64,000 nucleotides of DNA from an uncultured Ureaplasma sp. (GCA_902766725.1 CACXEQ010000024.1:13577-77576), one strand, 5' to 3'; shown: positions 51,350 through 63,083, numbered from the stretch's first letter. Program-made: numbers and translations. The notes: generated by a model not told the origin, from the sequence alone.

Positions 51350-52829
51350 TATTTTTCTCATCTTTCATGTGAGGAAACAATAAAACATCTCTTATTGATT
51401 CATTTTGGGTTAAAAGCATTACTAACCTATCAATACCTATACCAATTCCACCTGTAGGAACCAAACCATATTCTAATGCATCTATGTATTCCATATCAAT
51501 TTCATTAGCTTCAGTGTTTCCAAGTTTTTTTTCTTTTATTTGAGCTTCAAATCTAGCTAATTGATCAATTGGATCATTTAATTCACTAAAAGCATTTGCA
51601 TATTCTTTTTGACAAATAAATAGTTCAAATCTTCTTGTCATTTGATTGTTTTTAGGATCTTTCTTGGCTAATGGCGATATATCAATTGGATGGTCAGTTA
51701 TGAAAATAGGTTTAGTGCATTTTTCTTCACAGTATTTTTCAAAAAACAAAGAAATTATATGACCTTTAGTTTTTTGATGTGGCTTAATTTCAATATTATG
51801 TTGTTTAGCAAGAATAATAGCTTCATTATCAGTTGTAATTTTATTAAAATCAATAGATGTTACTTTTTTTATAAAATCAATCATACTAATTTTTGCAAAT
51901 GGTTGATTAAAATCAATTACTGTGTTTTTATAAGTTATTACCTCTTTATTAATTTTTTTGGCAACAAAACGAATCATTTGTTCTGCTAGATTCATCATAT
52001 CATCAAGATTAGCATAAGCTTGGTAAGCCTCAATTGAAGTAAATTCAGGATTATGGGTTGTATCCATTCCTTCATTTCGGAAAATTCTACCTATTTCATA
52101 AACCTTTTCAAATCCACCAACAATTAGTTTTTTTAATGGCAATTCAGTAGCGATTCTTAAATAATAATCTCGGTTTAGGGTATTGTGATGTGTAATAAAT
52201 GGTTTTGCTGCTGCTCCACCTAAAATAGGAGAAAGAATAGGTGTTTCTACTTCAATGAAATTAGAGTTATTCATAAATTCTCTTATATATTGAATAATTT
52301 TTGATCTCAAAACAAATGTATTTAATGATTCGCGATTAATGATTAAATCTAGATATCTTTTCCGTGCCCGTAATTCTTCATTTGCTAAACCATGAAATTT
52401 TTCTGGCAATGGATTTAAGGATTTTGTTAAAATAACTAAATCATTTACGCGAATAGTTATTTGACCAGTCATTGTTTTCATTGGTGATCCAGTTATTCCT
52501 ATAACATCACCAATATCTAATAATTGTTTAAATATTTTAAATTTTTGAGGATCAAATGTCTTTTTATTAATATAAAATTGCAACTGACCACTAAAATCAT
52601 GAATTACCCCAAATGTTTGTCTAATTAGCATTACTCTTCCAGCAATTTTTACTTCATCATTATTTTGCTGAAGATGTTCATGACTAAATTGATTATATTT
52701 CTTGATAAATTCATTACAATTTGTTGTTCGATTAAATTTTTCTATTAAATATGGATTTTGACCCATATCAATTAATTTTTGTAATTTTGCTCGTCTTGTT
52801 AATTGCTGATCATTAAATTTTCGTTCCAT
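51342..52829 (-). CDS. lysS: Lysine--tRNA ligase (class II)
   Basis: Uninterrupted 495-aa ORF. Class II motifs are present: FRNEGMDTTHNPEFT and GGIGIGIDRLVMLL. Confidence 0.95.
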   Translation of the reverse strand: MERKFNDQQLTRRAKLQKLIDMGQNPYLIEKFNRTTNCNEFIKKYNQFSHEHLQQNNDEVKIAGRVMLIRQTFGVIHDFSGQLQFYINKKTFDPQKFKIFKQLLDIGDVIGITGSPMKTMTGQITIRVNDLVILTKSLNPLPEKFHGLANEELRARKRYLDLIINRESLNTFVLRSKIIQYIREFMNNSNFIEVETPILSPILGGAAAKPFITHHNTLNRDYYLRIATELPLKKLIVGGFEKVYEIGRIFRNEGMDTTHNPEFTSIEAYQAYANLDDMMNLAEQMIRFVAKKINKEVITYKNTVIDFNQPFAKISMIDFIKKVTSIDFNKITTDNEAIILAKQHNIEIKPHQKTKGHIISLFFEKYCEEKCTKPIFITDHPIDISPLAKKDPKNNQMTRRFELFICQKEYANAFSELNDPIDQLARFEAQIKEKKLGNTEANEIDMEYIDALEYGLVPTGGIGIGIDRLVMLLTQNESIRDVLLFPHMKDEKNNG

Positions 52830-52891
52830 TTAACACCTCATTTTGTTTACTTGATTAAAATAAAACATAATCAACAAACAATTATAAATCA

Positions 52892-53455
52892 TTAACTTTT
52901 AAAATATCGATAGCAAATTTGTTTAGCAATTTCTTTAGCCTTAGTAGGTGAAATTAATTTTTTAATTACTGTTAGGGCAAAATCAATTGTAGTTCCTGCT
53001 GCTTTACTTGTGATAAAATTCTTACAAATAACAACATCTTTGTTATCAAAATGTGGTAAACCTAATTCATATCCAGGATAACATGTTACACTAATATTAT
53101 CTATTAAACCTAATTTGTTTAAGACAGTTGGGGCAGCACAATTGGCCATAATTAATAGTTTACCATGGACATTTTTCTTTAAATGATTAATAAGTTTTGC
53201 ACAAATAGTTTGATCAACAAAATCTACACATCCATTACCGCCCGGCAAATAAATAGCTGAATATTTTGCTAAATTTTCTTTTAATAAAATATCATCACAA
53301 GTAATATGTACACCATTTTGTAAAATTAAACTTTTCTTTTTTTCAACAGAAATTAATTGAACTACAAGTCCTGCTCTACGTCATATATCTGCAGGGATAA
53401 TAACTTCCATTTCTTCACATTTATTAGAAACAATGATAGCAATTGATGATTTCAT
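52892..53455 (-). CDS. DJ-1/PfpI-family protein
   Basis: The ATG at 53455 opens MKSSIAIIVSNKCEEMEVIIPADIWRRAG...AIYLPGGNG...IMANCAAPTVL, with the nucleophile-elbow Cys. Total is 188 codons with one TGA. Confidence 0.8.
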
Positions 53456-53544
53456 ATTGAAGTAATTATACAAAATTAATATATTAATTTTTTGATAATT
53501 TTTCTATTTGTATATATTTATTTTTATTCTATAATATTCTTTAT

Positions 53545-53621
53545 GCGCCAATAGCTCAGTTGGATAGAGTACGCGCCTTCTAAGCGCGTGGTCGGAGGTT
53601 CGAATCCTCTTTGGCGCGCCA
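53545..53621 (+). tRNA. tRNA-Arg (anticodon UCU), CCA encoded
   Basis: A cloverleaf was read by eye. Acceptor stem GCGCCAA/TTGGCGC, D arm GCTC-AGTTGGATA-GAGT, anticodon stem CGCGC/GCGCG with loop CT-TCT-AA, T arm GGAGG-TTCGAAT-CCTCT, then G-CCA. Confidence 0.95.
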
Positions 53622-53645
53622 AAGAAATTTTAATTACAAAAATAT

Positions 53646-56495
53646 ATGTTCAAGCAAGACTTACATAATTATATCTATGTTAAGGGAGCAAGACAAAACA
53701 ATTTAAAAAATGTTGATGTTGTAATCCCAAAAAATAAATTTGTTGTAATTACTGGTTTATCTGGTTGTGGTAAATCATCATTAGCATTTAATACGATTTA
53801 TGCTGAAGGTCAAAGACGTTATTTAGAAAGTTTATCTAGTTATGCTAGACAATTTTTAGGTAATAATGATAAACCAGATGTTGATTCTATTGAAGGTTTA
53901 TTACCATCTATTTCTATTGATCAAAAAACAACAAGCAATAATCCCCGATCTACAGTTGGAACTGTTACAGAAATTTATGATTATTTGCGTTTACTTTGAG
54001 CAAGAATTGGTGTTCCATATTGTCCTAATGGTCATGGTCCTATTAAAACATTGACAACAAAGCAAATAGTAGAAAAAATTTATTTAGACTTTGAATTAGA
54101 AAGTCATTTGCAAATTTTATCACCTGTTGTCTATAAACAAAAAGGATCATTTGCTAAAGAATTAAACAAATTAAAAATGGAAGGTTTCTTAAGAATCAAA
54201 ATTGATGGTCATATTTATAATTTGGATGAGCAGATAAATCTGGATAAAAATAAATTTCATTATATCGATATTATTGTTGATAGAATTGTTTTAAATCGTG
54301 ATAATCAAACTTTTAGTAGATTAACTGAAGCTGTAGAAATGTGTTTAAAGCATAGCAATGGGAAAGTAGTTGTTTGAGATAGTGAGAATAAATCTATTTT
54401 ATATTCTAAGAATCATTCTTGTCCTATTTGTGGATTTAGTATTCCAGAAATGGAACCAAGATTATTTTCGTTTAATTCTCCAACAGGATATTGTGAAGAA
54501 TGTAAAGGATTAGGTTTTACATATGAACCAAATGAAGATCGAATGTTGCCTAACAAAAACCTATCTATTAATGAAGGTGGAATCAGATGATTTAAAAATA
54601 CAATGAACACAAAAAATTTGGAATGGCAAAAATTTAATGCTATGTTGGAACATTATCATATTGATAAAGATAAACCAATAATAAAATTATCAAAACGAGA
54701 AATTCATTTAATGATGTGAGGTTCAGATGAGCCAATAAAAGTTGTTGCAAAATCTGAGAGTCATAAAACCTATGTTTTTAATGATTATATTGAAGGTGTT
54801 TTAGCAACTATTAAACGTCGACATTTAGAAACTAATTCAGAAATGTCTAGAGAATTTTATGGATTTTATATGGTAGAAAAGCCATGTCCAAAATGTCATG
54901 GCCATCGTTTAAGTCCCAAAGCACTATCTGTCAAGATAAATAATAAAAGTATTATGGATGTTTGTGATATGTCTATAATAGAAATGCAAGATTGGTTTTT
55001 AGGGTTAACATTAAACAAAACAGAACAAACTATTGCTAAACAAGTTCTAAAAGAAATTATTGACCGTTTAACATTTTTAATTAATGTAGGATTAGACTAT
55101 TTAACTTTATCAAGATCTGCTGGAACATTATCAGGTGGGGAAAACCAACGAATTAGATTAGCAGCCCAAATAGGCAGCTCTTTGACTGGTGTATTATATG
55201 TATTAGATGAACCATCAATAGGTCTTCATCAAAAAGATAATATAAAATTAATTAATACTATGAAAGCAATGCGTGATTTAGGGAATTCATTAATTGTTGT
55301 CGAACACGATCCAGAAACAATGTTAGCAGCTGATTATTTAATTGACATGGGTCCCAAAGCTGGGAATAATGGTGGCAAAATAGTTGCCGTTGGTAGTGTG
55401 CAAGACATAATTAATGCTAAAAATTCCATCACAGGTAAATATTTATCTAATGAATATAATATACCAATTCCTAAAAAAAGAAGAAGTGGAAATGGTCAAA
55501 AAATAATTATAAAAGGTTGCAAAGCTAATAATTTAAAAAATATTACAGTTACATTTCCGCTCGGGAAATTTATTTGTATCACAGGGGTTTCTGGATCTGG
55601 GAAATCAACACTTGTTAATGAAACATTTGTTAAGAATATACGTAAATTATTGTTTAATCCATTTGAATTAGCTCCTAAAATCGATAATTTAACTGGTATT
55701 AATAATATTTATAATTTAGTTGTTGTTACTCAAGATCCAATTGGTAGAACCCCAAGAAGTAATCCAGCAACATATGTTGGTTTATTTGATGATATAAGAG
55801 ATGTTTTTGCTAAAACACCAGAAGCTAAAGCAAGAGGATTTAGTAAATCAAGATTTAGTTTTAATTGTGATGAAGGTCGTTGTGAAAAATGTTATGGCGA
55901 TGGCTATATCAGGATTGCTATGCATTTTTTACCAGATGTTTATGTAAAGTGTGATGAATGTAATGGAAAAAGATACAATGATGAAACTCTTAGTGTCTTA
56001 TATAAAAACAAATCTATTTATGATGTTTTGGAAATGTCAGTTGATGAAGCATATGATTTTTTTAATAATATTCCTAATATTAAACGTAAATTAGAATTAA
56101 TGAAAGATGTAGGTTTAGGTTATTTAAAACTTGGTGAATTGTCTACAGATTTATCTGGTGGTGAAGCCCAAAGAATCAAACTTGCTAAATTTTTACAAAA
56201 AAAAGCTAATGATAAAACAATTATTGTATTAGATGAACCCACAACTGGATTACATCAACATGATGTTGCAAAATTAATTGAAGTATTGAGTAGAATTGTT
56301 GATAATGATTCAACTGTCATAGTTATTGAACATAATTTAGATGTTATAAAATGTGCTGATTACATTATTGATTTAGGTCCTGATGGTGGTGATCGTGGTG
56401 GAAATATAGTAACAACAGGTACACCTGAGCAAATTATAAAATCTGCTAGTAAATCTTACACAGCTCAATTTTTAATGAAAATTCTTAAAAAATAA
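53646..56495 (+). CDS. uvrA: Excinuclease ABC subunit A
   Basis: There are two ABC ATPase modules ([12 protein letters not shown] and [15 protein letters not shown] signatures) and zinc modules (CPICG...CEEC and CEKCYGDG...CDECNG). Fragments 53646, 54051 and 54843 share one frame (950 codons). Confidence 0.95.
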
Positions 56496-56547
56496 GCGAC
56501 TCAGTTTAATGACTGTGTTGCTTTTATCATATTATTTATTATATTTC

Positions 56548-58611
56548 TTAGCTTATTTGCAAATCATGCGATTGTTGAATTATGTCCATCACATCATCAA
56601 GTTGGTCTAATTTATCCAGGAACAATTCACAATCACCATTCCCTCATCTTCCAACTCTAGTAATATCTTTACATATGCCTTTTGGATCTTTTACATCAGC
56701 AAATTTCATGTTAACTGATATACGAAGTCTTTTTTTTTGGAATACGATATCCACAAAATTTGTATCTAACTTATATGCCACATATTTTTTTTTAAATTCC
56801 TTTTTCACTCCAGATGACAAGTTCATTATTCTCGTATCAATCTTTTCAAAAAGATTTTTTGTAAATGAATTAGTTTCGTATGTATCAATAGAATACTTAG
56901 GAGCATCATCAAGACAAGTAGTTTTGTAAGGAGTCATCTCCTTGTCTGATAATTGTGGGTATGCTCATATTTTAAGGGCCTTTTTAAACAAGATATTTGC
57001 TCTTTCTTTAATTTTTTCTTCATTTCATGTTTTTTGAAGAATAACATATTCGTTCAAACGAAGTGCGCTTAGCTTAAATCCACCATCCATATTCATCTTT
57101 TCCATAAATGACTTATTACTCATTTCAGAGTTATATCCCGTAAGAGTCAAATTACCTATGGTATGTAGATATGTATCATGCACTCTCTTCCAATCATTTC
57201 CAAGATCTTCTTTCCATTCATCACAAAGATTGTCATTTTGAGGCATTATATGTTCAATAGTTAGATTTTCAATATTAACTGGAGATTTATTATCGTAATT
57301 CTCAAGTCTATCAAGAATATAATTCCTATTTCACATACTATATATTTTTTTAGATATAAAAGCTTCACGAAATTTTTCATCAGTAGGAAATTCTTTATAA
57401 TTATCTTTTTTAATAAAGAATGCTTTTACTGAATTCAAATAATCAGATTTTTTTATTTCCTTTTCAAAAGTAGCAAATGTTTTATTAAGTGAGTTAGTTG
57501 GGATTTCACAAATACTTCTTCTAACGACATAGCTAATACAAAGTTTAATAATCTCAATTAAACTTTCAAACGGAGCAAGAGTTCCAGCTTGATAATCATG
57601 AATAACAGTCATTAAAAATGGATTGGCTACACTCATTTTCAAAGCTTTTATTTCCTTAAATAATGAAGTTAGCTGTGGATTGCTATTCTTAGCAAATACT
57701 ATATCAGTATATATTTTTGCAAAATCATACAAATCTTTACACAAATTATTGTTATTATTGAACTTACAATTAGCCATCCATGCTTTAAATTCATCATAGA
57801 CGTTTCCAATCTTTGGAATTCTATGCATATTCATAGTTAAATAATCTCTAAAGAAATTATCCATAAGTTCATCTTGATCCATGTGACCAAACAACTGTTC
57901 AAAAGGTCGCCAATGATTATCATATAGACTTTTTTGCATATCTTTGTCCATTCCCATAAGAACATAATTTCTAATTAAATCTGATTGAGATAATTTCTTA
58001 CCTGTTGAATTAAGACTTTCAAATATAGCTTGTGGATCATCATGTTCTCTCTCTAGTTTGATAATTACTATTTGAAGTTTTTCTGTTGCATTGAATAATA
58101 ATTGCGGATCTATTTCTTGCTTAGATATTTCATTCTTAAAGTAATTATAAGCATTTAAGAGTTTTGATTGTGTTCCATCAGGTATTGGCTTTTTCTCAAT
58201 TAACGAAATAATGATATCTTTATCTTCTTTAGTTAATAAGAGTTTGTATTTTTCATCTCCTGTTTCAAATTGATTAATTAAAAATGACAGATTAAGTTTT
58301 TCAGGTTTAATCTTAGAATCAGCTGAAATGCTATCTCTTAGCGCTATTAAAATAAGAGTTAATGTAGATAATCTTTGTTGTCCATCAATGACCATGTATT
58401 TTTGTACACCAGTTGGAGAAACCCTTTCTGCTATACAAACAATACAACCAAGAAAATGCCCCTCTTTATTTTCTTTTTGCATTGCAACAATATCTAGCCA
58501 TAGTCTACTACACTGAGATTGATCCCAACTATAAAGACGTTGATAAACTGGAATTAAATATTGTTTATCACCATTTAGTAATTTGTATATATTTTCTTTA
58601 TAGGTATCCAT
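56548..58611 (-). CDS. GmrSD-like DUF262/DUF1524 nuclease (type IV restriction / anti-phage family) with an extra C-terminal domain
   Basis: The N-terminal DUF262 region has YLIPVYQRLYSWDQ and VIDGQQRLSTL. The central DUF1524 His-Me finger has LTIEHIMPQN...HTIGNLTL...N. A further ~150-aa C-terminal domain follows. Track ORFs 57331..58611, 57025..57246 and 56644..56937 share one frame and are joined by four TGA at Trp-like positions (688 codons). A GGAGGA Shine-Dalgarno sequence lies at 58619..58624, 7 nt from the ATG. Confidence 0.85.
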
Positions 58612-58714
58612 AATGAAATCCTCCTACATCAATTATATGTCCAGTTCACGCTATACTAAAACTGTTTGAATTGCTTTTTCTCTTTCTTCACCGTCGGTGG
58701 GTACTTGTATTTTT

Positions 58715-60160
58715 TTAAAAGCCTCTTAACTCTGTTTTTTTAAGTAATGATCTTAAAATATTGATTGATTTAATAGGATTAGCTTGTCCTTTGGTTTGTT
58801 TCATTAATAATCCAATAAACATTTTTTCTACACGCTCTGGTCTTTGTTGATATTGTTTAGTAACATTAGGATTAGCAGCAATTATTTCTTTTAACATTTT
58901 AGATAAAACACTTTCACTAGTTATTTGTTTAAAATGGAATTTTTCAATTATTTCATCAAGATTCATGTCAGTAGCATAGATCTGGGCAATTATTGTCTTA
59001 CATTGTTTGGAATTTATATCACCTTTTTTTTGCAAATTAATCATATTAATAATTTGAGTAATTTTTTTATTACTAATTTGAGTAATTTTTTTATTATCTT
59101 TTTTAATTAGACCAACAAGTTCAACAATGATCCATGTTAATGATAATTTTATATCATTTGTTTTTTCATTGACATAATTGAAAATTTTATATAAATCATA
59201 ATCATCAAGCAGAAGGTCAATAATTTTTTTATCTAGTTTATAACTTTGTAATTGTTTTTTAACTTCATCAGGATTTAGTTTACTTTTTGTTAAAGCTATA
59301 TTGATAAAATTTTGATCAATTGGAATAGTTGGAATATTAGGTTCTGGAATGTAATGATAATTAGCAACAGTTTCTTTGCTTCGCATATGTATAGTTTTAC
59401 CGGTTGTTTCATCGAAACGACGCGTTTCATGTAATATTTGTTGTCCCAACAATAACAAATTTAGCTGTCTTTTCTCTTCATATTTAATTGCTTTTGCCAC
59501 ATTAGCAATGGAATTAAGATTTTTTATTTCAACCCGTTGTCCTAAGATTTTCGATCCATATGGTGCAATAGATATGTTTATATCAGCCCGTAGACTTCCT
59601 TCTTCAAGTCTAGCATCAGATATTTCTTGGAAATTTAGAATTCTTTTTAATTGTATTAAATAATCTGTAGCTTCATTAGATGAATTAATATCTGCACATG
59701 AAACAATCTCAATTAATGGCATACCACATCTGTTGTAATCTAATAATATCTTATCTCCGATATTAAATTGTTTAGCTGTGTCTTCTTCCATGTGCATTTC
59801 TTTAATATTAATCTTTTTACACTTTTCATTAGTATTGATGGTGATATATCCATTTTGTCCAATAGGATTAAAAAATTGTGTTATTTGATATCCTTTTGGC
59901 AAATCTTTATAAAAATAATGTTTTCTATCAAAACTAATTGTTTTAGAAATATTCATGTGCAATGCATTAGCTAAAATCAAAGATTTATTAATTACTTCAA
60001 TATTTACTGTTGGCAATGTTCCTAATATTCCTAAATCAATTTCATTAATGTTGGTATTTGGAGTATCAATATGACTACTTTTTGAACCCGAAAACATTTT
60101 AGAATTTGAATTAACTACAGCATGCACTTCAATACCAATAGTTGTCTTAAAATTATTCAT
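58715..60160 (-). CDS. gatB: Asp/Glu-tRNA(Asn/Gln) amidotransferase subunit B
   Basis: Uninterrupted 481-aa ORF. The product reads MNNFKTTIGIEVHAVVNSNSKMFSG...CGMPLIEIV...RADINISI. Confidence 0.95.
   Translation of the reverse strand: MNNFKTTIGIEVHAVVNSNSKMFSGSKSSHIDTPNTNINEIDLGILGTLPTVNIEVINKSLILANALHMNISKTISFDRKHYFYKDLPKGYQITQFFNPIGQNGYITINTNEKCKKINIKEMHMEEDTAKQFNIGDKILLDYNRCGMPLIEIVSCADINSSNEATDYLIQLKRILNFQEISDARLEEGSLRADINISIAPYGSKILGQRVEIKNLNSIANVAKAIKYEEKRQLNLLLLGQQILHETRRFDETTGKTIHMRSKETVANYHYIPEPNIPTIPIDQNFINIALTKSKLNPDEVKKQLQSYKLDKKIIDLLLDDYDLYKIFNYVNEKTNDIKLSLTWIIVELVGLIKKDNKKITQISNKKITQIINMINLQKKGDINSKQCKTIIAQIYATDMNLDEIIEKFHFKQITSESVLSKMLKEIIAANPNVTKQYQQRPERVEKMFIGLLMKQTKGQANPIKSINILRSLLKKTELRGF
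59051..59098. repeat. Near-perfect 24-bp tandem duplication inside gatB
   Basis: AATTTGAGTAATTTTTTTATTACT is followed by AATTTGAGTAATTTTTTTATTATC. The repeat is in frame and encodes the duplicated peptide NKKITQI-SNKKITQI in the GatB C-terminal region. Confidence 0.9.
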
Positions 60161-61550
60161 TTTTTTGCCTCTGTAATAATTCTTCTACTGTATATGCATA
60201 ATTAAGACATTGCATATCATTGTATTTCAATGTATTAATGGTAATACCATAAGGCATTTTGTTAATATTAGCAAATGGTATTGTTATAGATGGACTACCT
60301 GTAAAGTTAGCTATAGTCAACCAATCATCATAATTATTTTTAGCAAATGGTTGTTGATGACTAGGTGTTGGTCCTTGTACAGTCGGCATTAAAATGCAAT
60401 CTCCATTATTCATATACAATGTTTTTTCTCATTCAATAATTTTATTTTTAATTGCATATGACCCATGAACATTATTAATAAATTTTTCTGGTCTTGATAA
60501 ATATGTTCCAATAATAAATCTTTTTTTTGCTTCATTCCCAAAGCCGGCAGATCTATTTTTTAAAATTGTTTGCTCATAATTATCATTTTTATTTGCTACA
60601 TTTAAACCATAGTTTAAACCTGTTAAGCAACAATAACAACTATAAGCTTCCATATATGAAATAACTTTGTATATTTTGTTAACTTCATTAATAGGAACAG
60701 AACCTTTATATAAACAAATTTCATGTCCTGCTTTTTTTAATAAAATAAGAAGTTTATTAAATTCTTTTAGATACTGTGGATCAAGTAATGATAAAAGATT
60801 TTCAAGAACTATGAATTTGATTTTATTTTTTATTTGCAATTTTTTTAAACTAATAGGATCAGATAATTCTATTGATGTCATATCTTTAGGATCTTTTTTA
60901 TTTAAATAACTAGCTACGATGCAGCAATCAGTTACATAGTTAGCTAATATTCCAACATGATCTAAACTTGGAGCATATGGGTATACACCATATCTTGAAA
61001 TAACTCCATAAGATGGTTTATATCCTACTATACCAACAAGAGATGCTGGTTTTCTGATTGAATCACCTGTATCAGTTGCTAAAGAAAATGATGATATTTT
61101 TAATTTAACATTAACAGCTGAACCCGATGAACTCCCCCCTGTTATTTTAGTTGAATCATTTGGGTTGCTAACAATTCCACTAAAGCAATAATGTCCTGTT
61201 CCACCTAAACCAAATTCATCAAGACTATCTTTAGATAATAATATTGCTCCAGCATGTTGCAATAATTCATAACATGTAGCATTATATGGTGGAGCATATG
61301 TTGATAAAAACTTGCTGCCACCTGTTGTTAGAATATTTTTAGTACATATATTATCCTTTAAACTATAAGGAATACATGATAAAAGATTGTTTTCATCAAA
61401 ATGAGATAATTTCGAAGAAAAAATTGGAGTAATAATTGAATTAAGATTTTTATTTTTAATTCAAATTTTTTTAGCATTATTAATTAAATCAATAGGTAAA
61501 ATTTTATTTGTTTTAAGTTTATTGTGAAGATCAATGATGATAGAATTCAT
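60153..61550 (-). CDS. gatA: Glu-tRNA(Gln) amidotransferase subunit A
   Basis: The ATG at 61550 starts a product with the amidase signature GGSSSGSAVNV...DTGDSIRKPAS. Fragments 60429..61262 and 60153..60419 share the frame (466 codons). It overlaps the gatB start by 8 nt. Confidence 0.95.
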
Positions 61551-61552
61551 AT

Positions 61553-61798
61553 TTATTTGCTTACAACGTATTTATTTACAAATGTTGTATTCTTTAAAAC
61601 ATCTAAATTTGTATGGTTTGGGATATCATTTCTCATTATGATATTTTTATTATTAACTTTATTTTGATATGGACTTTCAAAAAAATTAATGTCATTGATA
61701 GTATTGATGATTGACAATATCTTGCAACATTGTTCATCATCAATTGTAAAATATAAATTTTTAGATAGATTTTTTATGTAATTTTTATCAATTTGCAT
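61553..61798 (-). CDS. gatC: Glu-tRNA(Gln) amidotransferase subunit C
   Basis: The 81-aa ORF ends 2 nt before the gatA ATG. The N-terminus MQIDKNYIKNLSKNLYFTIDDEQ follows the GatC pattern. The call rests mostly on position and size. Confidence 0.7.
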   Translation of the reverse strand: MQIDKNYIKNLSKNLYFTIDDEQCCKILSIINTINDINFFESPYQNKVNNKNIIMRNDIPNHTNLDVLKNTTFVNKYVVSK

Positions 61799-61932
61799 TG
61801 TTATGTTAATTATATACTATGCATTAAAATAGATTAATACAATATCTAATGTTTTTAGTAACCAACATTAATATTATTTGTTATTATCTATTTAATGAAA
61901 ATTGTTATTAAATTATTTTATGATTATAGAAT

Positions 61933-62295
61933 CTATTTAATTTCAATTTGTGCACCAACATCAGTGAATTTTTTACCAAGTTCTTTAGCTTCTTCTGGTT
62001 TAATCCCTTCTTTTATGATGCATGGTGCTTTATCTACAGCTTCTTTAGCTTTCAATAAATCTAGACCAGTTATTTCACGATATATTTTAATAACATTAAT
62101 TTTACTAGTTCCAGCAGATTTAAGAGTTAGGGTTACTAAGCTTGGTGCTGCATCTGCAGTTACTGCTGTTGCAGCAACTGGAGCTGCTGCAGATACCCCA
62201 AATTGTTTTTCTATTTCTTTTACTAAATCATTAATCTCTGTTAATGACATTTCTTTTATTGCATCAATAATTTCTTGGTTTGTTAATTTAGCCAT
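61933..62295 (-). CDS. rplL: 50S ribosomal protein L7/L12
   Basis: The product is MAKLTNQEIIDAIKEMSLTEINDLVKEIEKQFGVSAAAP...KEAKELGKKFTDVGAQIEIK. The Ala-rich hinge and the C-terminal domain are typical of the family. Confidence 0.96.
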   Translation of the reverse strand: MAKLTNQEIIDAIKEMSLTEINDLVKEIEKQFGVSAAAPVAATAVTADAAPSLVTLTLKSAGTSKINVIKIYREITGLDLLKAKEAVDKAPCIIKEGIKPEEAKELGKKFTDVGAQIEIK

Positions 62296-62316
62296 AATAT
62301 TTTCCTTTCATTTTTA

Positions 62317-62823
62317 TTAATAAATTGTTGTTTTGTTTTTTGCATTAATAATAGCATTTAAAACATATAAATATTTTCTTATTCCTGCTGTTAAACAAGA
62401 AAGAAACATAGAATATAGTTCCTTTCTACCAGGAATAGCAGCAATCTCAGGTAATTGTTTTGGTTCAATTAATTTGTTATCTAAATAACCAAATTTGAAT
62501 TTCACAGAGTTTTTCTTAGCAGTAGAATCAGCTACAGCTTTAAAACCACATATTTCATCATCATTATGAATGATAATGGCATTAGGTCCTACACATTCAT
62601 TAGTAGGATTTAAGTTATTAGTTTTTAATGCTCTATTTAAAATATTGTTTTTAACTATTTTAATATATGCACCACAAGTATGTAATTTTTTTCGCATACT
62701 AGTTAGTTCTTTAACTGTTAAACCTGAGTATTCAAAAACTAAAAAAGATTTAGCTTTTTTAATTTTATCAACAAATTCATTAGTTAATTTAGCCTTTTGT
62801 TCAATAATGTTTTGTTTTGGCAT
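62317..62823 (-). CDS. rplJ: 50S ribosomal protein L10
   Basis: The 168-aa ORF lies immediately upstream of rplL. The product reads KAKLTNEFVDKIKKAKSFLVFEYSGLTVKELTSMRKKL. Confidence 0.93.
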   Translation of the reverse strand: MPKQNIIEQKAKLTNEFVDKIKKAKSFLVFEYSGLTVKELTSMRKKLHTCGAYIKIVKNNILNRALKTNNLNPTNECVGPNAIIIHNDDEICGFKAVADSTAKKNSVKFKFGYLDNKLIEPKQLPEIAAIPGRKELYSMFLSCLTAGIRKYLYVLNAIINAKNKTTIY

Positions 62824-62990
62824 AATTTACCTCATAATTTGACAATATACTAAATTTACTAATTAACCAATTGTATATATAACAAAGATTAATAAGATGA
62901 AGAATTTCTATATCCTCAGTAACAAATTAAGACATATGTCAGTTACTATCTTTGGTATATTGCATAGTTATTATATTGAAATTTATATAT
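62824..62990 (-). promoter_or_regulatory. Possible L10 (rplJL) autoregulatory leader
   Basis: There is a ~170-nt untranslated region upstream of rplJ. It contains a hairpin AGTAAC...GTTACT (around 62918..62952). The call is by analogy with Firmicute L10 leaders only. No covariance model was run. Confidence 0.25.
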
Positions 62991-63083
62991 GATGTTACAA
63001 AAAATGAGAAAATTTAATTTAAGCTAAAAAAAACCATCTTTTTTTGTATATTGTTTTAAAAATTATTTATTATTATCGATATT

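Noticed and set aside
56582-56929. 115-aa plus-strand ORF, plus 58328..58516 and 58413..58613, opposite the GmrSD-like gene.
   Set aside because: These are antisense or alternative-frame shadows. The minus-strand frame carries the DUF262/DUF1524 motifs continuously.
57331-58611. A 426-codon stretch without any TGA in the GmrSD-like gene (all Trp as TGG), considered as evidence of recent transfer from a standard-code donor.
   Set aside because: Core genes in the same window are equally TGA-free over long stretches, for example lysS (495 aa) and the 700-aa parC fragment. The rest of this gene uses four TGA-Trp codons. The signal is therefore not discriminating without a proper codon-usage calculation.
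61895-62320. 141-aa plus-strand ORF opposite rplL.
   Set aside because: It is the exact antisense shadow of the unmistakable L7/L12 gene. Its Ala/Ser-rich product mirrors the rplL Ala-rich hinge.
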